A stretch of 64,000 nucleotides of DNA from the NCBI GenBank assembly GCA_020631995.1, contig JACKGJ010000001.1, positions 225,753-289,752 on the forward strand. The letters are read 5' to 3'. How positions within the stretch are numbered: position 1 is the stretch's first letter; each line of letters starts with the position of its first letter. This document shows positions 1 to 7,161 of the stretch, one piece after another. Under the pieces are notes generated by a model. The model ran no database searches. It was not told where the DNA came from and worked only from the letters and a program-made list of their open reading frames with translations. Source of the DNA: Candidatus Nomurabacteria bacterium. GTDB taxonomy: Bacteria > Patescibacteriota > Minisyncoccia > Phycocordibacterales > UBA918. Both the position numbers and the translations under genes were made by a program.

Positions 1-473
1 TCGACGAGTTCGGCAATCTCTTTTGGTCCCAACCCGTCCACAAAACGTAGTGTGATTACCTCCCGATATTCATCAGAAAGAGTTTTCAGAAGTTCAAACG
101 CTTTGCGTCCGTCAATGGTAGCCGCGAGGGCTTCGGTGTTGTCGTCTACCAATTCTTCAAAAGAACCTTCAGTTACTCCTTCCACTTCCAGGATTGCGTC
201 AAGAGATGACTCTCTTCGCTTTCTGTACTCATCAATTATTAAGTTGTTGAGTACTTTGTATAAAAATGGGCGGAAGGAATCTATTTCCTGGCCTGATCTT
301 ACGTACGACCACACTTTAGTAAAAGCATCGTGTACCAAATCAATAGCCCTTTCTCGGTCACTTAGACGAATGGAGGCGTGACGGAAAAGTGCGTCAGCAT
401 ATTCATCGAAAGCTTCCAAAAATTGTTCTTCTTGGTTGCCACTTACTTTGCCTGTTTTATGCGGATCTGGCAT
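1..473 (-). CDS. ECF-type RNA polymerase sigma-70 factor (C-terminus cut by window edge)
   Basis: Absent from the ORF track because it runs off the edge. Reverse translation from ATG (473-471) gives MPDPHKTGKVSGNQEEQFLEAFDEYADALFRHASIRLSDRERAIDLVHDAFTKVWSYV...VITLRFVDGLGPKEIAELV. This shows the sigma region 2 / region 4 pattern and resembles the sigma factor at 14646-15158. The listed + ORF 52..381 is its antisense. Confidence 0.8.
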   Translation of the reverse strand, partial: MPDPHKTGKVSGNQEEQFLEAFDEYADALFRHASIRLSDRERAIDLVHDAFTKVWSYVRSGQEIDSFRPFLYKVLNNLIIDEYRKRRESSLDAILEVEGVTEGSFEELVDDNTEALAATIDGRKAFELLKTLSDEYREVITLRFVDGLGPKEIAELV

Positions 474-596
474 GTGGTAACCATTATAGCTAAAGACGTA
501 CGAAAAGCCGAAGTCTTTCACAAGACCCCTATCCTGCTATTAGTCGCTTTTTCTGCGGAAAATGTTATGATTTTGCCCGAACAAGATAAGAAGTAT

Positions 597-667
597 CGGG
601 GCATAGTATAGTGGTAGTATATACGGTTTGGGACCGTAAGATCTGAGTTCGATTCTCAGTGCCCCGA
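597..667 (+). tRNA. tRNA-Pro (anticodon UGG)
   Basis: Hand-folded cloverleaf of 71 nt. Acceptor CGGGGCA/TGCCCCG, anticodon stem TACGG/CCGTA, loop TTTGGGA (UGG, G37), T arm CTGAG-TTCGATT-CTCAG. No encoded CCA. Confidence 0.9.
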
Positions 668-679
668 CAAAGTAAGGAA

Positions 680-716
680 AATCAAAAGACCGACTAAAAT
701 AGTCGGTCTTTTGATT
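680..716 (+). terminator. Hairpin terminator after tRNA-Pro
   Basis: Perfect 17-bp stem AATCAAAAGACCGACTA / TAGTCGGTCTTTTGATT with a 3-nt loop. The U-rich 3' arm lies inside the stem. Confidence 0.6.
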
Positions 717-811
717 TGCCATACAAAAAATTCATTGAGACTCTATATCCAGCCAGAGATTGACCATAAACCATATTATGACTGTTACCTTCCATCCTTC
801 TGTCTCTCCCT

Positions 812-854
812 AGATGTCCTTTATAAAAGACAATGTCTTTTATAAAGGACATCT
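812..854. repeat. 43-bp perfect palindrome (21-nt arms, 1-nt centre) carrying the TGTCCTTTAT motif
   Basis: AGATGTCCTTTATAAAAGACA-a-TGTCTTTTATAAAGGACATCT lies between the tRNA-Pro terminator and the 3' end of yraN. Confidence 0.9.
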
Positions 855-877
855 CCCGCATCCCTAGGCCTTATCTA

Positions 878-1315
878 TTAATCTATAACTACTTGCTCTA
901 TATACCTTACTAAAGCGTACTTTTCACGTGAAACTATATGTACGGCTATGACATCAATCTGCACTTCCCCATTCCATTCATTTTCACTTATCCAAATGTC
1001 TGCTGTCTTTCGTATTTGGTTTAGTTTAAAGCTATGGACCTGCTCCTCTGGCCTGTATGTTTCGTGTGAAACGCTCATTTCCAGCATTTCCTTGGTTTCA
1101 TATGAAACACTCTTTACTTCTACAAAATGGACTGTTTCACGTGAAAACCCATCTTTAGAAATATGTTTTGTTCCACGTGCAACAATATCTATTTCACCGT
1201 ACTTCTTCCGATAATTACGATCAATAATAGAAAAACCCTTGTTTTTAAGGTATTTTACTGCAATTGACTCCCCTAAATCCCCTACCTTCTTGGTATTTTT
1301 CTTCTTTTGTTCCAT
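878..1315 (-). CDS. yraN: YraN/UPF0102 family endonuclease-like protein
   Basis: GDLGESIAVKYLKNKGFSIIDRNYRKKYGEIDIVA...VHFVEVK...IDVIAV matches the YraN core pattern. I prefer ATG at 1315 (MEQKKK) because TATAAT lies 7 nt upstream. The track start is GTG at 1333. Confidence 0.75.
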   Translation of the reverse strand: MEQKKKNTKKVGDLGESIAVKYLKNKGFSIIDRNYRKKYGEIDIVARGTKHISKDGFSRETVHFVEVKSVSYETKEMLEMSVSHETYRPEEQVHSFKLNQIRKTADIWISENEWNGEVQIDVIAVHIVSREKYALVRYIEQVVID

Positions 1316-1395
1316 TTTAAGTATTATAACCACAATACAAGTAGATTTGAGGAACGTTTCATGTGCAACGTCACTCGGTACGTTTCACGTGAAAC
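921..1395. repeat. Six dispersed copies of the 14-bp palindrome GTTTCAYRTGAAAC
   Basis: Copies at 921-934 (TTTTCACGTGAAAC), 1059-1072 (GTTTCGTGTGAAAC), 1095-1108 (GTTTCATATGAAAC), 1134-1147 (GTTTCACGTGAAAA), 1356-1369 (GTTTCATGTGCAAC) and 1382-1395 (GTTTCACGTGAAAC). Four lie inside yraN and two lie upstream of it. Confidence 0.9.
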
Positions 1396-1807
1396 ATAGT
1401 AAAATACATTAAAGTCATAAAAGACCCTTATTTTAAGCCATTTTCGATAAATTGCCCTAAAAAATCTAATGTCCTTTATCCACTTGTCCCCTTAGTTGTC
1501 CACAATTTTGGCGTTCTGATTGTCAATTGTCGTTTTATGGGGATAAGTAGGGGAGTGAAGATGATTTTGGTAATAAGTGACGAGTAGACAGCAAATATCC
1601 TTCTATTCATAGTCGAAAAAAGACCTGTAAAAGGCGTTTTTCCGAGAGCGTGATTTCTGTATTGGTTGTCGCTATTTTATGCTGGGGTCAAGTTGCTAAG
1701 TAAAATTGTTCACTTCGCTCCAATTTATACTAAGCACTTCCTCCCCGGCCTCGACTGCTTTTGTTTCTAGGAAATGAAACAAAAACATGTCTCTGACTCA
1801 CAAAAAG

Positions 1808-1846
1808 CGAAAGGACCTGAAGCAATTCAGGTCCTTTCGTCTTTTT
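1808..1846. terminator. Bidirectional intrinsic terminator
   Basis: CGAAAGGACCTGAA-gcaa-TTCAGGTCCTTTCG is a 14-bp stem with a T-run on the + side (TCTTTTT) and on the - side (CTTTTTG). Confidence 0.8.
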
Positions 1847-1847
1847 G

Positions 1848-2008
1848 TGCGGCCAGGGGTAATCGAAACCCGCTTTTTCTAATTCGTTACACTCATAAGA
1901 ACGCTGGTCGTGCCTCACTCGCATTTTGCCTTAGGAAAGGGCTAAATACACCGTTCCGGCAGTTTCGATTACCCCGAAAGGTGCGCAGGCACCTTTCTCC
2001 TGGCCGCA
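1848..2008 (-). other. tRNA-Gly-derived rod-like element (direct plus inverted copies of the tRNA 3' end)
   Basis: 1848-1871 is identical over 24 nt to the tRNA-Gly 3' end at 2045-2068. 1962-1975 and 2001-2008 are the inverted copy, interrupted by a 25-nt insert containing the hairpin GAAAGGTGC-gcag-GCACCTTTC. The termini can pair as GCGGCCA/TGGCCGC plus GGGGTAATCGAAAC/GTTTCGATTACCCC. Confidence 0.6.
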
Positions 2009-2010
2009 CA

Positions 2011-2035
2011 TATGAGAAAACGCCCTTACGGGCGT
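2011..2035 (-). terminator. Intrinsic terminator after tRNA-Gly
   Basis: On the minus strand, ACGCCC-gtaa-GGGCGT is followed by TTTCTC. Confidence 0.55.
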
Positions 2036-2044
2036 CTCTCTGTG

Positions 2045-2115
2045 TGCGGCCAGGGGTAATCGAAACCCCGACTAATCCTTGGCAAGGACTCGTTATACCA
2101 CTTAACCATGGCCGC
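2045..2115 (-). tRNA. tRNA-Gly (anticodon GCC)
   Basis: Cloverleaf of 71 nt. Acceptor GCGGCCA/TGGCCGC, anticodon stem AGTCC/GGATT, loop TTGCCAA, T arm GGGGT-TTCGATT-ACCCC. No encoded CCA. The overlapping track ORFs are artefacts. Confidence 0.9.
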
Positions 2116-2123
2116 ATTTACAT

Positions 2124-2792
2124 TTATTTGGACAACTCCTTTGAAGCCAGTTCAATCCATTTCATGAGCTTTCGCTTCAAGTAAGCGTTCCCGATTATAG
2201 TATTTCCAACACCATTGTGCAATGTTCTTTTGTGACTTTTCCCTTGGACAATTTGAGTTTTATAAAATTGGCTTTCTGGTAGCTTAACAGCCTTCATCCA
2301 AACCTTTTTGCATTCCTTTTCGGATAGATCAGGGTAGAGAAGTAGCCAGAAACGTATGTCCTTTTTGGGCACTCCTAAGAATTCAGTAGCGAACTTAATA
2401 AAAATCGTATGTAAGGCAGGTTTAGAGTTAGTGACACGTATCAATCTGCCATCACTAGTGTCACCCTCACCAGCGTAAAGCATTAAGCCAGCCATAAAAA
2501 GAGGGGAGAGCTTGTAATGCTTATATTCAACCGAGGCACTCTTAACCGCTTCACTGTAGTGGCGCTCTCGCTCACGACCTCGATACTTATTTAAAACAGC
2601 CAGTCTCTTAACATTGTCTTTACGAGCTCGCTTTTCATTGTCCGCTCGTACCTTCTTAGAGAAGGATTGCTTAGCAAACCAAAGACTAAGTGTGCTTGGG
2701 GATACACCTACCATTTTAGAAATTTCAGAGTAGGTAAACCCACGTTTCCTAAAATCCCTAGCTTTTGCGTGCTTTTCTGCGTTTCGAATCAT
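2124..2792 (-). CDS. HTH + single LAGLIDADG-like motif protein (putative homing-endonuclease family), 8 nt upstream of tRNA-Gly
   Basis: N-terminal HTH-like RKRGFTYSEISKMVGVSPSTLSLWF. The dodecapeptide-like LFMAGLMLYAGEGD is followed by a basic C-terminal half. Paralogous in pattern to 3270-3944. TATAAT lies 6 nt before the ATG. Confidence 0.6.
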   Translation of the reverse strand: MIRNAEKHAKARDFRKRGFTYSEISKMVGVSPSTLSLWFAKQSFSKKVRADNEKRARKDNVKRLAVLNKYRGRERERHYSEAVKSASVEYKHYKLSPLFMAGLMLYAGEGDTSDGRLIRVTNSKPALHTIFIKFATEFLGVPKKDIRFWLLLYPDLSEKECKKVWMKAVKLPESQFYKTQIVQGKSHKRTLHNGVGNTIIGNAYLKRKLMKWIELASKELSK

Positions 2793-2842
2793 AAGAGTAT
2801 TATATTATATACCGTTACAATTGTTCAGTTTTAATAGTTATA

Positions 2843-2876
2843 CACAATAAAACCGCCTAGAGGCGGTTTTATTGTG
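2843..2876. terminator. Hairpin terminator after the cupin gene
   Basis: CACAATAAAACCGCC-taga-GGCGGTTTTATTGTG is a 15-bp stem. Confidence 0.7.
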
Positions 2877-2891
2877 TTGGATGTAGTTCAA

Positions 2892-3176
2892 TTATGAATC
2901 TTCTTCAATTTCTTCAGCAACTATACCTATCCAGCCATTTGGACCAACTACTGCCGAATGTTCGGCGCCAATCGGAACATCAAAACGTTCTCCGACTTTA
3001 ACTATTTTCTTCTCACCAGAAAAATCAAACTCAATTTCTCCGTCTGTAATAAACAGTGACACTTTACCCTTGTGCGAGTGAGGTTTATAAACTGTATCGG
3101 CAGGGTCCGACCATTCATAGACAGAAGCAAAGCCCTCTTCTTCAAAAGTCTTTATCCATCTTTCCGATAGTTCCAT
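2892..3176 (-). CDS. Cupin-fold small protein
   Basis: YKPHSHKGKVSLFITDGEIEF...GERFDVPIGAEHSAVVG shows the cupin two-motif pattern. ATG at 3176 (MELSERW) is preferred because the track GTG start (3182) would overlap the tRNA-Arg 3' end. Confidence 0.65.
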   Translation of the reverse strand: MELSERWIKTFEEEGFASVYEWSDPADTVYKPHSHKGKVSLFITDGEIEFDFSGEKKIVKVGERFDVPIGAEHSAVVGPNGWIGIVAEEIEEDS

Positions 3177-3177
3177 G

Positions 3178-3250
3178 TGCACCCGGAGGGACTCGAACCC
3201 CCAACCCCTTGTTCCGAAGACAAGTACTCTATCCGTTGAGCTACGGGTGC
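3178..3250 (-). tRNA. tRNA-Arg (anticodon UCG)
   Basis: Cloverleaf of 73 nt. Acceptor GCACCCG/CGGGTGC, anticodon stem CTTGT/ACAAG, loop CTTCGGA, T arm GGGGG-TTCGAGT-CCCTC. No encoded CCA. Confidence 0.9.
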
Positions 3251-3269
3251 AAGCGAGGCCAGTCTACTA

Positions 3270-3944
3270 TCATTTTAGGTGATGTTCAACAAGCATATTT
3301 TGCCAAAAGCGCATTTTGCAAAGCAGGTTCTTACTTCTCCTCACTTCAATCTTAATGCATCCCATATAAGCTGGTCTCTTTTTGACACCAAGTCCTGTCG
3401 GCTTGTAAATCGTTTTAACAAATCGTGAGGAAGTAACCTGCAACTTTTCCGCCCACCAGCCTTCACAATTTTCGTGAGCGTAAGGTTTATGGATATAAAG
3501 TCTAAAAAAGATATCCTCAGGGCCTATTAGTGCATATTCGTGTAACCACTGAAGCATCACTAGTATCATATCTTCGTCAGAATTTGAAAAACTCCATTGA
3601 TTTACTCTCTTAGCGCCCTCTGCCCAATACAAAGCCAAACCAACTTGAAATAAAGTATCATCCTTATATTTTTGGAATATCTGGCGAGCTTCTTGTAGCC
3701 AAAGAGCCTCTCTTTCCAACCTCCTTTTACGCAACTCAGAAGCTGCCTTAATACGACCACGAGTTATATTAGTATTTTTGCGGTCTTTTAGTACAAGCTT
3801 TTCACTTTTTGTAAGGGGAAGTTCGGCCAACCACAATGAAAGAGAACTTTTTGCCACAGGCACTTCGGCAAGGATTTCTTTATAGCTATATCCTTTTTTC
3901 CGCAAATATATAGCCCTTTCTTTTTCTTGAACCAAAGCTTTCAT
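3270..3944 (-). CDS. HTH + single LAGLIDADG-like motif protein, 19 nt upstream of tRNA-Arg
   Basis: RKKGYSYKEILAEVPVAKSSLSLWL (HTH-like) and LFQVGLALYWAEGAK (dodecapeptide-like). The domain order and length match 2124-2792. Confidence 0.6.
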   Translation of the reverse strand: MKALVQEKERAIYLRKKGYSYKEILAEVPVAKSSLSLWLAELPLTKSEKLVLKDRKNTNITRGRIKAASELRKRRLEREALWLQEARQIFQKYKDDTLFQVGLALYWAEGAKRVNQWSFSNSDEDMILVMLQWLHEYALIGPEDIFFRLYIHKPYAHENCEGWWAEKLQVTSSRFVKTIYKPTGLGVKKRPAYMGCIKIEVRRSKNLLCKMRFWQNMLVEHHLK

Positions 3945-4026
3945 ATTAGTACCAATCTATCATAGTTCATATTATTCACAGTAGTCACATATACAAATTG
4001 TGGATAAGCAAATACAATACACAAAC

Positions 4027-5499
4027 ATGATAACCAGAGAAGACATACCTAAAGAGGTAAGTAGGATTGCAGATACACTTGAAGACGCCGGGCTTGAAGC
4101 CTATCTAGTCGGGGGTTGTGTTCGTGACCTAGTGCTCGGACGTGAACCAAAGGATTGGGATATCACCACCAACGCCACGCCTGACCAAATTCAGGCGCTC
4201 TTTCCTGAAACATACTGCAATAATGACTTCGGTACAGTTGGGGTAGTTAATGAAGATGTGGAAGACCTACGACTCAAGGTAGTTGAAGTAACGCCATATC
4301 GTAAGGAGAGTGAATATTCAGACAAGCGTCGTCCTGATAGCGTGGAGTTTGGTGTGTCTCTAGAAGAAGATTTGGAGCGAAGAGACTTCACAGTAAATGC
4401 AATCGCGTTTAGAGCCAAAAATGCCACACTGGTGGATCTTTTTGATGGAGAGGGTGACATACGCAAGAAGCGTTTAAAAACGGTTGGTGAAGCAGATAAA
4501 CGCTTCACAGAGGACGCTTTACGTATGATGCGAGCGGTGCGACTCTCTGCAGAGTTAAATTTCGCCATTGAGTCAGAAACAATGGCTTCCATCTCTAAAA
4601 ATTCTGCCTTACTTGAACATATTTCAACCGAACGTATCCGAGATGAGTTTCTCCGCATTATTGATTCTGCAAATCCAATGCTTGGAGTAGCGATGCTTGA
4701 GAAATTAGGCTTAATTGACTATGTCTTACCTGAAATTAAGGACAGTATTGGTTGCGAGCAAGGTGGAATTCATACATATGATGTCTATGAGCACCTACTC
4801 CGTAGTCTTCAGGCTGCTGCTGACAAAGGCTATTCGACCGAAATGCGTCTTGCAGCCTTATTGCACGATATCGCTAAGCCAGCCACCAGAAGGGAAGGCG
4901 GACGGTCTAAAAAATACACTTTCTTCGGACACGAGGTGGTAGGAGCTCGAATGACAGCCAAAATAATGAAACGACTGAAGATGCCTAGGGAAATAGCAGA
5001 GAAAGTAGAGATGATGGTGCGTTGGCATATGTTCTTTGCTGACCCTGACCTTATTACTCTGGCGGCTGTACGCCGCACTATAGTGAGAGTGGGGGAGGAG
5101 AATATAGAAGATTTACTAACTCTACGTATTTGTGACCGTATCGGTACCGGGCGACCAAAGGAACAACCATTTCGATTCCGAAAGTATAAGGCTATGGTAG
5201 ATCAGGCAAGGCGTGACCCAGTCTCAGTCAAAATGTTGAAGACTGATGGTGAACGGATAATGAAGCAAACAGGGGAGAAGCCAGGCAGGAAACTAGGTTT
5301 CATCCTACATGCCCTTTTAGAGGAAGTTTTGGAAGATCCAGCCCGAAATACAGAGGAATACCTTGATGCAAAAGTCGCAGAATTAATAAAACTGGACGAA
5401 GCTGAGCTTAAAAAACTAGGAGAAGCTGGTAAAGAACGCCAAAAAGAGGAGGAGGAAGCGGCGATTAAGGAGATTGAACGGAGTCATAAGGTTGGTTAA
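4027..5499 (+). CDS. cca: CCA-adding tRNA nucleotidyltransferase with HD domain
   Basis: LVGGCVRDLVLGREPKDWDITT (PolyA_pol head), RDFTVNA, and HD region ALLHDIAKP...GHEVVGA. ATG at 4027 is preferred over the track GTG at 4000, which sits in a DnaA-box-like TGTGGATAA. Confidence 0.85.
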   Translation: MITREDIPKEVSRIADTLEDAGLEAYLVGGCVRDLVLGREPKDWDITTNATPDQIQALFPETYCNNDFGTVGVVNEDVEDLRLKVVEVTPYRKESEYSDKRRPDSVEFGVSLEEDLERRDFTVNAIAFRAKNATLVDLFDGEGDIRKKRLKTVGEADKRFTEDALRMMRAVRLSAELNFAIESETMASISKNSALLEHISTERIRDEFLRIIDSANPMLGVAMLEKLGLIDYVLPEIKDSIGCEQGGIHTYDVYEHLLRSLQAAADKGYSTEMRLAALLHDIAKPATRREGGRSKKYTFFGHEVVGARMTAKIMKRLKMPREIAEKVEMMVRWHMFFADPDLITLAAVRRTIVRVGEENIEDLLTLRICDRIGTGRPKEQPFRFRKYKAMVDQARRDPVSVKMLKTDGERIMKQTGEKPGRKLGFILHALLEEVLEDPARNTEEYLDAKVAELIKLDEAELKKLGEAGKERQKEEEEAAIKEIERSHKVG

Positions 5500-5643
5500 C
5501 AAGTTTTTCCAACGAAGACAAAACCTCAAAATCGGATGCAGTTTTGCTGGCTGGAGGAAGCTTTGAGAGGGAGGCGTAGATAGACCTACGGCGACTGAAC
5601 AAAGCGACTGAAGCCAGTGAAAATGCGCTGATTTTGAGGTTTT

Positions 5644-5705
5644 GTATAAAAAAGGCCTGGAGGGGTGGGGAGACGATTTTAATCATCTACCTACCTCTCC
5701 AGGCC
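5644..5705 (-). terminator. Minus-strand intrinsic terminator
   Basis: GGCCTGGAG (5654-5662) pairs with CTCCAGGCC (5697-5705). On the minus strand the stem is followed by TTTTTTATAC. Confidence 0.6.
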
Positions 5706-6166
5706 TTGTTATGTGTCTCGCGACACATATGTGTTCTAGGTTTGGGTCTCTATATTTTCGAGGCAATGTGCCTCAAGTGGAACCCACTTATAGTCGAACG
5801 ACATGGGGTGATCCTTTTTGACCGAGACTCCATACGTTGTGCTCGTCTGTACCTATTGGACAGTGAGAATCCTATAGTAGGACCCCCAGTAGAACTCACG
5901 TAGTTTTTGTTTTGCGCCAGATGCGCAAGTCGGAAGGGTATCTAAAAGTTATGTCCTTTAGACTCTCCTTCTTTGCGACTCATGCTCCTGACAATGAGTT
6001 CTTATTGAGTATGGCTACATACTCTAGTGTGGTGTTATGAACGTTGTTAGATTATTTGGAGGTATTCTAACTTTGTGGAACGAACTCTTTAGGGGTCGCT
6101 CCGGAATCTTGAATAGAAGTTTTTCCGTACAAGATTCCGTAGCGACCGCCCGCCCTTTCTGGACCT
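5706..6166 (-). ncRNA. Candidate structured non-coding transcript(s), family unknown
   Basis: There is no credible ORF on either strand. The minus strand has a sigma70-like promoter (TTTACA 6201-6196, 17-nt spacer, TACACT 6178-6173). There are at least 8 local hairpins, for example GGTCGCT..CGGAATCTTG/CAAGATTCCG..AGCGACC, GAGTATG/CATACTC, TTGCGC/GCGCAA and TATGTGTC/GACACATA. The region ends at the 5644-5705 terminator. Confidence 0.35.
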
Positions 6167-6267
6167 TTCCCTAGTGTATGTCCTTTAGTTTTTTATGTAA
6201 AGGACACAATGTGTGCATAACTGTGGATAAGTGCACACAATTGTCCTTTATTGAAATAATTTGTCTT

Positions 6268-7059
6268 TTATATCGACAATTCTACAGAAACAGGACAGTG
6301 GTCACTCCCTAAAACGTCAGGGTGGATATTAGCTTTTTTAATCAGGGGCTCTAATTGTTTTGACACCATCACATAATCAATACGCCAACCAACATTTCTG
6401 TCCCTCGCCTGACCCCAGTGTGACCACCAGGTGTAGTAACCATTACCTTCGTGAAACTTTCTAAAGCTATCGACAAAACCAGCTTTTAACATTTCATCAA
6501 TTCCAGCACGTTCCTCATCAGTAAACCCCTTCTTGCCTTTATTCTCCTTTGGTCTAGCCAAGTCATGTTCCTGATGTGCCACGTTTAGGTCTCCACAGAA
6601 GATGACTGGTTTTTTTGCCTCCAACTCATACATATAATATATGAATGCTTGGTCCCATTCAGTCCGCACCGGTAGACGAGAGAGATCCTCCTTGGCGTTT
6701 GGCGTATAGACTGAAACCACGTAAAAAGCTTCAAATTCTAGAGTGGTTACGCGCCCCTCGGAAGTAGTATCTCCATACTTGTCTTCTAGGGCAAATTTCT
6801 GTTTCACATTATCTGGTAACCCATAAATGGCTTCAATTGGAGCTATTTTAGTGAAAATGGCGGTACCAGAGTAGCCTTTTTTCACAGCTGAAGACCAATA
6901 TTCGTCATAATCGGGCAGATCCACCTCACTTTGACCTTGTTCTGCCTTAGTTTCCTGCAAACAAAGTATGTCTGGTTGGTGTTTTTGGATAAATGGCTCA
7001 AATAAGCCCTTCTTATGTACTGCCCGTATGCCATTAACGTTCCATGAATAGATTTTCAT
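6268..7059 (-). CDS. xth: Exodeoxyribonuclease III / AP endonuclease
   Basis: MKIYSWNVNGIRA...LCLQETK...GDLNVAH...WRIDYVMVS...GSDHCPV are the ExoIII family hallmarks. Confidence 0.9.
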   Translation of the reverse strand: MKIYSWNVNGIRAVHKKGLFEPFIQKHQPDILCLQETKAEQGQSEVDLPDYDEYWSSAVKKGYSGTAIFTKIAPIEAIYGLPDNVKQKFALEDKYGDTTSEGRVTTLEFEAFYVVSVYTPNAKEDLSRLPVRTEWDQAFIYYMYELEAKKPVIFCGDLNVAHQEHDLARPKENKGKKGFTDEERAGIDEMLKAGFVDSFRKFHEGNGYYTWWSHWGQARDRNVGWRIDYVMVSKQLEPLIKKANIHPDVLGSDHCPVSVELSI

Positions 7060-7161
7060 CTAAATATTCTAACATTTGATGTAGTTAGTTCGAGTACAAG
7101 TCTGCCAAAGAAAAGACCGCCCAATGGTTGGGCGGCTTAATTGAACAGACAATGACGTCAG

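Noticed and set aside
1730-2184. Track ORFs 1730..1924(-), 1774..2184(+) and 1893..2117(-)
   Set aside because: They are built from tRNA-Gly, its duplicated ends and terminator hairpins. They have no SD or promoter logic and their amino-acid content is Arg/Pro/Cys-rich and implausible.
5804-6170. tmRNA or RNase P RNA in the cca-xth spacer
   Set aside because: GGGGTGATCCTTTTTGAC resembles a tmRNA 5' end, but I find no T arm (GGTTCGA-type) or matching 3' acceptor strand, and no tag ORF ending in hydrophobic residues. For RNase P, GGGAAAGGTCCAG differs from GAGGAAAGTCC, and no complementary P4 3' strand after an ACAGAA motif exists. I leave it as an unknown ncRNA candidate pending cmscan.
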